From positions 140,430,001 to 140,494,000 of the forward strand of contig NC_043000.1 of the NCBI RefSeq assembly GCF_006345805.1: a stretch of DNA of 64,000 nucleotides, in the 5' to 3' direction. Of the stretch, positions 11,182-24,465 are shown in pieces. Source of the stretch: Octopus sinensis (Eukaryota). Position 1 is the stretch's first letter; every line of letters begins with the position of its first letter. A program made the position numbers and the translations under genes. The notes under the pieces were generated by a model. That model made no database searches. It worked only from the letters and a program-made list of their open reading frames with translations, and was not told the origin of the DNA.

Positions 11182-12139
11182 AATGTCGTTTGTTTCTTGC
11201 TTAAAAACTGATTGTTGCCGGTGAGAATTTCGTTGTCGTCTCGTGCGAAGCAAATGGTTGCAGGTAAGGTCACGTTCTTGTCTCGCACATGGCAATGGGC
11301 TACTGGTGAGATCTCGTTCAAAATATCGCTGGCTTTATGTGCCTCACTACAAATGTATATGTATGGCAGTATGACCCACGTGAAAGCTTACAGGGAAAGG
11401 AAGAGAAAGAAGTATATAGCGGGCAACCAGAACCAACGACTGCAGGTTCTATAAATTGCTATCCTAACAGCATTGTGAGTCGCAGCACTGAGGATGGACT
11501 CAGAACAATTCACTTATCACTTTTAGGAACAGGTAGACCAAGAGGGAGCCTCACCACTGGGAAAATCCACTTGTGCTATGTCATTGTGTGGGACTTGGGG
11601 GAGTGACTAGGAAAGGCAAGCTGTTAGAATCAGTGAAAATCAGTAAAGAAACAGGGTCTCATATAAAACTTGTGTCAAGTGAAAACAAGAAAACGTGTAA
11701 GAAGAAACGCACTTTCCAGGATATATTTTCGTGGTTATATGAAGAACTAATGTATTTCTTATGAAAAGAATGAGAGAGTTTAATCAAAGTAATTCGGATA
11801 TTGGAGAGATGAAACTAAGGCCAAATTCATTCGAAATACATTTTTACCATTGACGTTAGCAATGATAACCTAAAAGTAATCTACTGAGCATGTGAGATGA
11901 TAAACGAAACCAAGCGTTTGAAAATAGAGACCAGTGCATCGTTAGAATGATTGACAAAACTTCTGGGACAAATTTAGGTAGAGAAAATGATAATGTCTTG
12001 AGTACTGGTGTTACAATAAAACGTATCTAGTGAAACCATTCCAAAAAATGAACCATACGAGCAGCACATGATCCTCTGACCCGCATCGTAAGGCAGCAAT
12101 TCTGAATAGGAAATGAATCAAGCTGTGACACTCTAAGTT

Positions 12140-12535
12140 AGTGAAATCTTTTGTAAAGAATGATGAGGATGATGATGATGACAGCGGAGACAGCAATGAA
12201 GCTGCAGCTATGGCTGTTCTGCTGCTGCTGCTGATGTTGATGATGATGATGACGCTGATGATGACGACACTGATGACGACGACGACGATGATGATGACGA
12301 CGGTGACCATGACAACAATGAAGCTTCTGCTACTGCTGCTAATGAGAACGACGATGATGACGACAATGACAATGATAATAACGATGATAATGGCGATAAC
12401 AATAAAGCTGCTGCTGCTGATGATGATGATGATGACTACAACGACGGTGATGCTGACGTTGTCGATAAGGGTGATGAGGAAGTTAATGAAGACTACGACG
12501 ATGACGACAACGATAATGAGGACGGTGATGCGATA
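12140..12535. repeat. Cryptic trinucleotide mosaic (GAT/GAC/CTG)
   Basis: Low complexity with a recurring AATGAAGCT...CTGCTG motif. Confidence 0.9.
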
Positions 12536-13614
12536 AACATCCTTGCCTGTGGTATTTTTCGTTTTTATCTTTGTTTCTGATGAGAACGTCCTTTGATTTC
12601 GTCATTGACTCCCTTATTTCTAAACCAGAGCTGATTTTTTTCCTTTAATTTCCTGTTTTCTAGTCAAGGGCTAATATAAGATCAAAGGATTATAAAAGAC
12701 GTCGAACAGGTCAACGTACTAGTATGACATTTAATAATCTCAATTGCTTCCTCTTCATAACTTTCTTCTCTTCCAGTCTGTGGTTCTTGTTTGTGGCATT
12801 TCTTGAGAGTTGAAAGCAAGATTTTCGTTTTGTTCATATTTTATAGCTCTCTCTCTCTCTGTTATGTTTAACCACTTTTATTGCAAGTTTTATGTATTTT
12901 CATTATCTATTCTCCTTCTTAAGGATCATATTTTATGCCTTATATCTTGCTGGTTCTGCAAATGCATGTCTGTTATGAGCCAACGTTAATTTCACATGAG
13001 AAGTTATTTCCTCTCTAGATATAACTGTGCATTGTGATTGTTTTATCTGGATAGATTGTAGTTGTAAAATATACATATAATACGGAAGCGTATTCTCCTA
13101 ATTCTTATTTATACTTTTCTATTTTTATAACTATAAAGTAATACTTAGCTCTTTATTTAATGCGTCCTCATTTTTTATTCAATACTGAGATATATATTTC
13201 TAGTATTGCCTAATTTTATAACAATATTTAATAGTATACACTACGCCTTTTTTGTTCGTGATATTGAGCCGATTTCGTCTGATTTGTTTGTCGTTTGTAT
13301 TTGGCAGTAAATTTATTTGATGTTGACTTGCCTTGTGATCTTTCGTGTGCATACATGTAGTTCCTAACCAGTGATTATTGTAAAAATTTGCAATACATTA
13401 ATTATTTTAACCACAATATAATATGATTTATTATATACCTCACTTATATTACCTGTATTACTTGCATTAGCAACCTTCAACATATTCTTTTTTTATATCC
13501 TTTTGTGTTCTTGCGTTCATGTTAAAGAAAAATTTTTTTAGAGTAGTTGAATAAGGATGTCTCTTGTGATTTAGCACAATGCTTCTAAATACAGTATGAT
13601 ATTATTTATCTCCT

Positions 13615-13657
13615 TTTTCTTTCTCTCATCATTATTATCATCAAGTTATTATTATTA

Positions 13658-13704
<47 letters not shown>

Positions 13705-13705
13705 T
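13615..13705. repeat. (ATT)n microsatellite
   Basis: Direct. Confidence 0.95.
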
Positions 13706-14970
13706 ACTAATATCATTGGTCATTATCAGTTATTTTCCCCTTTTCCTTTCTAACATTTGAAGATATGATGAAGCAGTAATGTTAGATCTCAGCATGCTGA
13801 GCCTCATAGATCAGATAACACGTGATTGAAAAATGTCGTGATTTAATAAACCCACCTCAAATGATGATAATGATAATGACAATGAGTAATTTCTAATTAA
13901 TTCTAGATTGATGTTGGTCTACATGAAGACGTAATCATCATCATCATTGAAAGTATATTAACATCATCTGTCTTATTAATCTCAGAAGAAACTTTTGTAT
14001 ACACCGAAAGAAAAACATATGCACACGTGTGTGTGTGTTTGTGTGTGTGTGTGTGGTGTGTGTGTGTGTGTGTGTGTAAATTCGGCAAATAAAAGAAAAA
14101 AAAAGATGCTTGCAAAGTTGAACTACATCATTTTTTCAAAACTTTGATAAGAGATTTGAGAAATATTAAATATTCGGGGATATAAATAGAAGTTTTAATG
14201 TCAATAAAATATTCATGATTCAAATTAAAGTCATATAACTGTCAGAAGAATTATCTCCAAGACATAAACAATGAGAACCACCAATAAAAAAGATTATAGG
14301 CAAGCAAGTCAGAAGAGTGGTGTTGGCCCAAGCATGGCTATTTGAACAAAATGTTTGATATAAATATGGCTGAAGAGCATGATGGCTACAACGACAGTAT
14401 CACATAAAACGTTTATATGATGATAATATTGGTGGCAACACTGATACTGCTACTGATGATGATGATGAAGAAAATGATGAAGCTGATAATGAGGAGGATG
14501 TGGAGAGGAATCATCCATAAATATAGTAAAATTGTTAATAAAAATAATGTAAAAATAACTGAAAATTTATAGTTTCCATATCTTAAGGCAACAAAGTAAC
14601 TAAGAGCCCATATAAAACTCCCAAAATGCAGTTGCAATAATAGCACATCTTATCTACTTAATGACAAATATGTATTGGCTTGTTTCACCATACAAAACAG
14701 ATTTCAGTAAATTCAAGCATACAATACATTGCGGTAAATGTCATCTAGTATAAAAGCTGCTATATATGAGCCCATCGCTCTAAATCTGCGTTTTCGAGCC
14801 CCACGAAGTCTATAACGAATGAAAAACACACATACAATCCAATTTAGACCTCTAGTTAAGATTTCAATACTATGAAATATGCGTGTCTACTTGTAAGACT
14901 ATCAATATCTATGTACACATACACACACACAAATGTATGTATGTATGTATGTATGTATGTATGTATGGGA

Positions 14971-15190
14971 TAACTGGGATAACTCCGACATAAAACCTGC
15001 GGCTCAGTGGTTACCGATGATGTTGACTTGTTCTTCTTTTCGGATTATGGCTGCTGTTGCTTAGTGAGTGGGATTGACTCAGTGCACAGCCTTTCCTCAC
15101 TTTAAAAAAAATCTTCTTGCACAGGCATTGCACGTTAACAACATTGATTGAGCTTCGTGCAATGGCCATACTCGATAACGAGGGGGCAGC
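14971..15190 (+). mobile_element. Interspersed repeat, partial copy of the element at 48582-49135
   Basis: High identity to the reverse complement of 48582-48802; near-identical pseudo-ORF peptides in the track. Confidence 0.8.
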
Positions 15191-15264
15191 CACCATGTAT
15201 GCATGTATGTATGTATGTATGTATGTATCTATCTATCTGTCTATCTCATCTCTCTCTCTCTCTC

Positions 15265-15302
<38 letters not shown>

Positions 15303-15630
15303 CTATAATTTAAGCAAGAGACTGAGGAAAAGAAATCCTTCAAAGGGGTGTGTTAAACATCCAATTCATTTATACTTCAGTTGGATACCATATAATTATT
15401 GATATATTTCAATAATAAAAATAAATTAAATATAGAAATATTCTATTGACAATCCAATAATTTATTTATATTACAATATTACATTAAATACTATAAATAT
15501 AATATATAACATAACATAATATTACATAACATAAATAATTATAAAAACCATAAAAGGCCAACACATTGTTTGGACATATATATTTTTTCTGATATACATA
15601 ATCACAGCTCCACTATATATAAGTCACTTT

Positions 15631-16300
15631 AGGGTCCTTGGTTCAGAAAGATGAAATCCCTTGTAAAAGGACGGCTGGATTGTAAAAATAAATTCAAATG
15701 TCTGTGTTATGAGCGTGATCGCTGACTATTCAATTTTACATCAACTACAATTAAAAACAACAAAAACACTTATACGGAGAGAAATTTTTATTAGGTCTCT
15801 ATTCATAGCTTCAACGAAATTATCCCTACGAGAAAATCATAACTATAGAAGATTATTATAAGTTAATTTAAACAATAAATTTTTTATACCAACTAATTTA
15901 AATAGATAAAAGAGTTGTTGTATTGAAGATGAAATTGTTTATATATATATATTGTTGTAATTACATGTGGGAGAAGACTTAGATACTTAATTATATACAT
16001 TTATATACACACGCATATGTTGTGATGACAAGAGACTAAATTGGACATCAGAAGGTTTCAATTGGTATGCGTTTAAGATATAATGAAGTGAATTTCTATG
16101 GTTGTGGATTGTACTTATTTGATTGCAACATCCGTTAAAGTGTTTTTGTTGTTCTTTTTAATTGTGATTAATGTAATTAATTGTAATTAATGATTGAATA
16201 GTCAATGCTCACACTCATAACACAGACGACATTTGAATTATTTTTTTACAATCCAGCCGTCCTTTTACACGGGATTTCATCTTTCTGAACCAAGGACCCT
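15631..16300. repeat. Fold-back cassette with about 105-bp inverted arms (15631-15734 / 16193-16300)
   Basis: AGGGTCCTTGGTTCAGAAAGATGAAATCCC... versus ...GGGATTTCATCTTTCTGAACCAAGGACCCT. Confidence 0.85.
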
Positions 16301-16339
16301 GAAATGATTGATTGTGTCAAGAACGATGAAAACATTTTG

Positions 16340-16618
16340 AAAACTTTGCATAAGCGTCTGAGCAGGTATCGCCAAACTTTTGAAAAAATTTGATGCAGAT
16401 TCTCTGCTCAACTTTCTCTGTAATGGTGAATGGGACGATCACACACTGCACACCTTCCTTCCAAATACTGCTGTAGACAGCAGAAGTGGGCTAGAACGTT
16501 AAAACTTAGTGCGCATGCACAAGAGAGTTTAATGTGAATCTGTGCCACGCGGCTTTACTCTGTATGCTTTAGCTTCGTTACTATGACAACAATCTGGATA
16601 CTTATTGATAAGACCACG
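16340..16618 (-). mobile_element. Mariner 5'-end remnant
   Basis: Ends in TIR-like GGATACTTATTGATAAGACCACG followed by TA; TTGATGCAGATTCTCTGCTCAAC resembles mariner 5' regions as I recall them. Confidence 0.5.
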
Positions 16619-16769
16619 TATATTGAATATGATAGATCAGTCATTTTTCATGACACTTGCAAGCAGGTAAGCTTAATGCAATTAATTTTCCGTTGAAATT
16701 GCTGATGGTCAACACCCATAGGAAAGATAAGGAATGGAAAGAAAGGACTGAATATGTTTGTTAGTGGGG

Positions 16770-17420
16770 GTACAAGAGGAATAAACTCATCAAGAGAGAG
16801 ATGAAAGTCCGACAGAAGTTTGCATTAGGGATTTCTGAGTGTTGGAGATATGTAATCAATCATTTTCAAGGAAAGGAATCCTTTTCTTATAATAGTGACA
16901 TAAATTTAGGCGAATGGAGACAGCACATCCCTAGGCCGGAGGGAGGATTGTGTTCGTTACCGATTGAATGCGAATTAGTCGAGTGGCCCTTCTCTGGATG
17001 TACTCTCCGATGTCTATGTACGTAGCAGTCGCACTATCCCAGAGCATTAATCCACCGTAGGAATCATTTGAAGTTTATAGTATGTTAATAGCTGCTACTG
17101 GTTAAAATATTTTCTAGCAACGAAGGGAAGGATCAATCTTTGTGATGTGGTCCTGCCTATGTTAAGGTTGAATTTTCGTCAGGAGAAATACTCGGTGGTA
17201 GTGATGCTCAGCATTCAGAGTGCTACGGCTCTAAACGAGTGCCACTTATGTCTAGTGGGAGCTGGGTGCAGTGATGCTTTCGTGTAAGTGTAGTGCTTGA
17301 GTATTTTGACTGTGAAAGGGTTGGGGAGAGGTTGCTGTGTACCCCATTGAACGATGCTCTCTCATTGCCTCCTTTAATGGAATCAACGATGTTTGGCCTA
17401 TAGTCTCTACGTTGCATACA
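16770..17420 (-). mobile_element. Degenerate L2/Jockey/CR1-group LINE, RT C-terminal fragment
   Basis: Broken frames give LPLDISGTRLEP, QLLTYYK, IQRRATRLI and RDV motifs typical of this RT C-terminus. Confidence 0.7.
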
Positions 17421-17703
17421 AAGAATGAATAGATGGGGAAAGTTTGAGAGGATTGAAGTGTTCTGTCCTGTGCATAACAGTGGGCATTGTTATATATATA
17501 TTTATAATACACACAGATACACACACACGCATACATACACACATGTATGCTTCTTCGCATGCACGTGTGTATTTATATAAATTATACAATATTTCTCCTG
17601 GTAAAAGTATTTATATGAATTTATTAATTACATTTATATACAAAATTATATTTATTTAACTGTTCGCTTTGATACTCCTACAGAAATGAATTAGTTTGTG
17701 TTG

Positions 17704-17705
<2 letters not shown>

Positions 17706-17740
<35 letters not shown>

Positions 17741-17773
17741 GCATATGTATATATATATGTGCATATAGATATA

Positions 17774-17820
<47 letters not shown>

Positions 17821-17878
17821 GCATATGTATATATATGAATATATATGAATATATATATATGTATGTATATATATATGC

Positions 17879-17910
<32 letters not shown>

Positions 17911-17928
17911 CTATATATATATATGTAT

Positions 17929-17962
<34 letters not shown>

Positions 17963-18054
17963 ATAATATATATATATATATATGTAATATATATATATAT
18001 GTATATATATATAAATGTATATATATATAAATGTTATATATATATATATATTAT

Positions 18055-18142
<88 letters not shown>

Positions 18143-18166
18143 TATATCTATATATATATATATATA

Positions 18167-18230
<64 letters not shown>

Positions 18231-18231
18231 T
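17706..18231. repeat. Long compound (TA)n microsatellite
   Basis: Direct. Confidence 0.95.
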
Positions 18232-18909
18232 GAACTGCAATGCAACATTTTAAATTAAAGATTTTATGTGTGTATGTAGGTGTGTAAGTAAACTAAACAC
18301 AAATCTGAGTTAAATAATAGAGAAAAGCCTCAAATTATCAATAATAATCGTAATAACACTTTAACAAAGGAAACGAAAATTTATTTACTTAAATTGTATA
18401 AAATTATATTGCAAAGTTATTCACTGTAGAATCTGAGAGATGTAGCAAAAGTTGTAACCCAAGTTAATAACATGCAATTATTTTCATAATATTTGCTGTT
18501 GCAAGTGAAAGGTATATTTAAATACGGCTTACTAATTACATACAAAGTTAGATGTATAAACTTAAATAATGTTAATGTATTTGGACAAGAAGAAGTATGT
18601 ATATAAACTATTATATGTTGAATAAGTAAATAAAATATGAAAATAAAGATAGATATATAAATTCCTTTAGAAGATTAATAGCTTGATATCTGGCTCTGTA
18701 ATTATAAAATATAACTATATAATACACGCACACACATACACATAAAGACACACACTTCTAATTATACATGTATAAGGAAACAAAAACGTTATTCCTTCAT
18801 CAAATGAATCGTGGTTAAATCCAACATTTATGGAACAATCGCGATAGACATCCGTACACTTCAACACACAGAATAATAACACTGAAAATAACAGTATAAC
18901 AACAATTAT

Positions 18910-19630
18910 TAATAATGGTTTCAAATTTTGCCACAAGGGCAGCCATTTTGGGGGATGGGAACAGTCGATTACATCGACCCCCACTGGTACTTAATTTGTC
19001 GAGCTCGTCGGAATTTTGAACTCAGAACGTAACCGCAGACGAAATACTTATTTCTTTACTACCCACAAGGGGCTAAACACAGAGAGGACAAACAAGGACA
19101 GACAAATGGATTAAATCGATTATATCGACCCCAGTGCGTAACTGTTACTTATTTAATCGACCCCGAACTCAGACGAAATACCGCTAAGCATTTCGCCCGG
19201 CGTGCTAACGATTCTGCAAGCACGCCGCCTTAACAGCAATAATTAATAATGGTTTCCAATTTGTCACAAAGCCAGCAATTTAATGGTGATAGGAATAGTT
19301 TATACCATCGATCCCAGTGCTTTATTGGTACTTTATTTTATCGCCCTCGGTGGGATGAAAAGCAAAGTTAACCCTGGCAGAATATTAAACTCAAAACGTA
19401 ATAAATCGAAGAAATTATGCTAAACATTGCACCCGACATGTTGGAGATTCTGCCTGCTAGCTATATTAATAATTCTTTCTAATTCTTGCACAAGATCATC
19501 AATTTTCCGGGGAGAGGAAATCAATTACATTAACCTATGTGCTCAACTGATACTTACATTATTGTCCACTAAAAGATGAAAGGTAAAGTCGACCTTGGTG
19601 GCATTTGAGACGGGAGAAATGGTGCTAAAA
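18910..19630 (-). mobile_element. Cluster of at least four OK-like tRNA-derived SINEs (family C), partly deleted
   Basis: Recurrent ATCGACCCCAGT, GAACTCAGAAC and GACGAAATAC blocks; copy 19049-19230 has head GGCGGCGTGCTTGCAGAATCGTTAGC. Confidence 0.8.
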
Positions 19631-19644
19631 AATTTTGCTAAAAA

Positions 19645-19870
19645 TTTATTGCCTACAGAGGCATTAAACACAGAGGGGACAAACAATGACAGACAAAGGG
19701 ATTAAGTCGATTACATCGACCCCAGTGCATAACTGGTAATTAATTTATCGACCCCGAAAGGATGAAAGGCAAAGTCGACCTCGGCGGAATTTGAACTCGG
19801 AACGTAACGAAAGACGAAATACGGCTACGCATTTCGCCCGGCGCGCTAACGTTTCTGCCAGCTCGCCGCC
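19645..19870 (-). mobile_element. Full-length OK-like SINE (family C)
   Basis: Head GGCGGCGAGCTGGCAGAAACGTTAGC, B-box GAGTTCAAATTCC, tail ...TGTAGGCAATAAA. Confidence 0.85.
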
Positions 19871-19930
<60 letters not shown>

Positions 19931-19985
19931 TGATGATGATGATGATGATAATAATAATAATAATGATAATAATAATAATGACGAC
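19871..19985. repeat. (AAT)n/(GAT)n microsatellite
   Basis: Direct. Confidence 0.95.
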
Positions 19986-19990
19986 AACCT

Positions 19991-21145
19991 TTGCTTTATT
20001 GGCCACAAGAGCCGAACACAAAACAAAAGGACCTTACATAAATAAGGGACAGGTGGGGATTAACACAAAACTACGTGTAAACTATAAACAATGATAAACA
20101 ACAAAATTTAAACAATAAATAAACTTTAGAGTTCCAATTAGGAGCAACCCATACTTTCTAGTCACCCCGATCACCAAGGACACTCCAAGATGGCATTTCT
20201 CTCCTCCAGCTTACAAGCGCATGCTCTGAGCAGGCCCATTCACACGGAACACCCTAACAGCATTCATCTACCTTTCAAGTGTGGCAACACTTTACCTCTT
20301 TACCTTCAATTTTCTTTTCAAGTGAAACTTTGAAAAGTCGAAGAGCAAAGGAACTCGTCCACTACACTACTTCTTTTGTCATAGCTACCAGACAGAGGAA
20401 AATACCTTCCCTTTCCTCGTTCAAAAGAAAGTAGAGTTGCGATCTTCACGGTGGACGCGGCTGATAACCGGATTCGTCTTACATGCGACAACAGTTGTTT
20501 GACAACTCTCCACAAGTCAACAATACCTGGATACAGGACGAATGCGTGGAACATGGTTTCATCGTCTAGCGCATATCATGGAGAAGCTCATCTGACAGCA
20601 CTTCCGTGTCTGTAGAGCTTGTCTCGAACTTGTAAAGCACAACCCTCTCTCGGTAGCACAGTTAGGCCATGGTTTCTGGAAACTATCTATAGGCCCCGGC
20701 CCAATAGTCATCGGTGAATGAATATCTCCTGAGGATGTCGTTACTCTTTCCTGCCAATGATCCCCTATAGAACTCCAATGTGGAACTTCTAACAACTGCA
20801 TTGCCTGACTGGCAGAGAGCTGTGAGCGCTTGCCGACACTACATGTGTCAAATGCCTTTTCGGTGTATACTTCACCCAGGACTGCAGATCCCTCAATAAA
20901 ATGAATTGTGGAAACTTCTGTCTGACAAACAGCAAACACACCACACCAAAGACACATTGGAGGTGTCGCAACTCAGCATATGTCTGTAAATTATTAGCCA
21001 TGACCAGCCTTCCTCATAGTGACTACTCACAGCAAATGGATCGTCTGTCAAGCAGAAACCGTTCCTTTCACAGGAAGCAGATGTGTAAGCGTTCCAGCAT
21101 GATCAGAAACGAAGCTGAGCAAGGGGCGACAGACTGGTGGCCATG
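19991..21145 (-). mobile_element. 5'-truncated L1/Tx1 LINE (ORF2 C-terminus with zf-RVT-like region, plus 3'UTR)
   Basis: Frameshifted GPIDSFQK...VRDKLYRHGSAV...DETMFHAFVLYP...LWRVVKQLLS; 3' end GGCTCTTGTGGCCAATAAAGC abuts the microsatellite. Confidence 0.8.
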
Positions 21146-21245
21146 ATAAGGGTACCCTTATCAGACCGGTGGTCATGATGGGTATACTTGGCTTCGTATA
21201 TTTTACCCCAATGTCACTTTGAGGGCATGCACTGCTCTCTCACTC

Positions 21246-21277
<32 letters not shown>
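21146..21277 (+). mobile_element. Retroposon 3'-end fragment with (AAT)n tail
   Basis: ...GGCATGCACTGCTCTCTCACTC(AAT)n, joined head-to-head to the LINE fragment. Confidence 0.5.
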
Positions 21278-21282
<5 letters not shown>

Positions 21283-21284
21283 CC

Positions 21285-21480
21285 TACTATAGGCACAAAA
21301 CCTGAGATTTTAGATGAGGGGTGATTTAATTACATCGACCCCTGTGCTCAAATGGTACTTCTTTTATTGACTCAGAGATGCAAAGTTGAACTCAGCAAAG
21401 TTTGAACTCATGATAGATGAAATGCTCCTTAGCATTTTGCTTGGCATACTAACAGTTCTGCTAGCTTGGGGGCCTTAGCA
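21285..21480 (-). mobile_element. Degenerate family C SINE
   Basis: TACATCGACCCCTGTGCTCAA, TTTGAACTC and CTTAGCATTTTGC blocks. Confidence 0.65.
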
Positions 21481-21990
21481 ATGATAATAATAATGATAAT
21501 AGTAATAATAATAATAATAAATTTTAACGTAGACTAGTATTGAATATTTATCTTCACATTAGGTGTTCAATTCCTACTGTTGGAGAGGGGTGGACTTTAG
21601 TGTTGAGGGAATATGTACCAGTAATTAGACTGCAACCATGCTGAAGCACTGCCTTGAATTATTTTTAGTCGAATGAATTAACCCCAGAGGTCTGTTAGGA
21701 TTCGTATTTCCTATTTACATGGTATCAGTTTTAGTCCTTGCTCTTGCAGGCAGCCTGTTATTTCAGAGCCTCTTGGAATCCACATCACTCCTGTGCAGAG
21801 TTTGGTTCCATTTTACTGCCCTCCATGTTGGATTGCCTTCAATGCAGCTGAAGTACCATATCTGAACGCACTTTACACACTTAGTAATTCTCACATTGTC
21901 ATACATTATAATGTTGAATGGCTTATTTGAAGTAATGACGGATGACCATAGAGGTGGGCCTGAGAGTATTATAACTATTCCACTTCTTAC

Positions 21991-22105
21991 CAATCAGACT
22001 TGTTTGTAAGACATGACAGCGTATCTAGTTTAAGTAAATAAATAATTATTGTTTCTGTCTTGTATTCCACAATAATCTGTGATCTTGCCATTATCACAAT
22101 GAGCT
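21991..22105 (-). CDS. Candidate antisense exon (LIVIMARSQIIVEYKTETIIIYLLKLDTLSCLTNKSD)
   Basis: Acceptor ttttctctttttgtgttctgcag, donor TTG|gtaaga, open, phase 1 to 2. Confidence 0.3.
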
Positions 22106-22614
22106 CTGCAGAACACAAAAAGAGAAAAGTAATGTAAAACAAACAAACAAATAACATAGTACAATATAGCAGAGTACAATATGGGTTGCCTGTTGACTTT
22201 GTCTTTAGAGACTAACAAAAAAACGAAAGAGTGAGAATGCTGTTTAGAACTAAAGGAGAAAAATAAGTAGTTTAAATAGATAAATAAATAATTATTATCT
22301 TACCTAAATTTAAATTCATGTCTCTTCTTTACTATCCGTAATAATCAGTTATATTATCATTTATCAAAATGGTTTGGCATAATGCATTCAAAGAAAGATA
22401 TAAAGCTAATAAACAGACAAACAAGTTTTGATGTGTCTTTGCTGCCTGTGGGCATAGTTATGAGAGGAAAGATGACTAGAAATAAAAAGAGAGGTAGTTA
22501 GTTATAGCTGAGAGAAAGAAAGTCTAATTAAAATAAATATATAAATAATTATTGTCTTAGATTAATTTAATTTCATGTCTGAATGTTGCTATCCATACTA
22601 ATCTGAGATATTTC

Positions 22615-22701
22615 ATACATACACACATACATGTGTGCATGCATATATATATATGTATGTATATATACATACATATACATACATACACATATAGATATAT
22701 A

Positions 22702-22768
<67 letters not shown>

Positions 22769-22770
22769 TA

Positions 22771-22816
<46 letters not shown>

Positions 22817-22836
22817 ATATTCATATATATATATAC

Positions 22837-22867
<31 letters not shown>

Positions 22868-22880
22868 CATGTATATATAC

Positions 22881-22912
<32 letters not shown>

Positions 22913-23290
22913 TATATATATATATATATATATATCTATATATATATAATATATAATATATATATATGTGTGTGTGTGTGTGTATAAATACATTATATAT
23001 ATTGATAAATATGTGGGAGTAAATATATGTATATATGTATGTGTTGATATGTATATATGTATATATATATATATTTACATATATATAAATATATAAGCAT
23101 TGTATGTACACACAGACACACTCACACACACACACACATACATTGATAGATATATGCACTCAAACAGATGTGCTATGCACAAACTCATTTGCATTAATAC
23201 ATACTGGCAAAAGCATACACACACACACACACGTGTGTGTGGGTGTATGAATGCATGCATGTGTGTATGTAAGTATGTATAAGATATGAA
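22615..23290. repeat. Compound (TA)/(CA)/(TG) microsatellite field
   Basis: Direct. Confidence 0.95.
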
Positions 23291-23988
23291 TAGCAAATAT
23301 ATATAGCCTATCTATTACATCTATTCAGTCGCTTCAGTTACAATTTTATGCCACATGTAGACACTAAAAAAGAATGCACACACACAGACACACCTACACA
23401 GACACTCATACAGTCCTACATACAAATAGATGCACACGTGCACACACACACACACACATGCGCGCGCGCACACATATGCACACACGCATATACATATTTC
23501 AATAGTACAATTTATGAAATAACTATGTTTATAACATGAAAGCATGGTATAACAAGAGAACAATACAAAAGACATGAAAATATGCTGGAAGCTATTTACT
23601 TGACATAAGTATTTATAGATTTGCTTATGTTGTGTGGTTTCTTCATGTTAGGAATCGATCTATAAACATATTGATTATGGCTCAGTTTTTATTTCTTTTT
23701 GTTTTCTATGATTTTTGTGTTCTTTTTCTGTATTTTTAAAGTTATATATTTTTATTTTTTCATTTTCAAAAACATTCAACATTAATAAAAATTCATTATT
23801 TCCAATTCATTCAAGCAAAATATTAATGAAAAATGGAATAGACGAATGTTGTACATTTTGGTGATATATATAATGTATGTATATACATACATTTTTATGT
23901 GCGTGTGTGTTTTCGTGTGTGTATATATGTATACAGGTATGCATGTTTATATTACAAGAGAACAACATATATCTATATGTTGTTCTCT

Positions 23989-23989
<1 letters not shown>

Positions 23990-24062
<73 letters not shown>

Positions 24063-24159
24063 TTATATATATATATAATATTTATATATATAGAAGTATA
24101 TATATGTATATATATATAAGTATATATATACATATATATATAAGTATATATATATATAC

Positions 24160-24210
<51 letters not shown>

Positions 24211-24293
24211 GCGGACGTTAAACGATGATGATGATGATGATGATGATATATATATAAGTATATATATATATATACATATATATATATAAGTAT

Positions 24294-24344
<51 letters not shown>

Positions 24345-24465
24345 TATAAATATATATAAATATATATATATATATACACACACAACACACACACACACAC
24401 ACACCATATATATATATATATATATATATAGATATATATATATATATATATATATGCATATATAT
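23990..24465. repeat. Compound (TA)n field containing a roughly 40-bp RTE 3' tip (GCGGACGTTAAAC(GAT)n at about 24210)
   Basis: The tip matches 31295-31319. Confidence 0.85.

Noticed and set aside
12575-12615. CTGATGAG motif
   Set aside because: No stem II or GAAA downstream.
21750-21935. + strand exon after ccttgctcttgcag
   Set aside because: Good acceptor, but all three frames are plausible, donors are weak and nothing links it to the chain.
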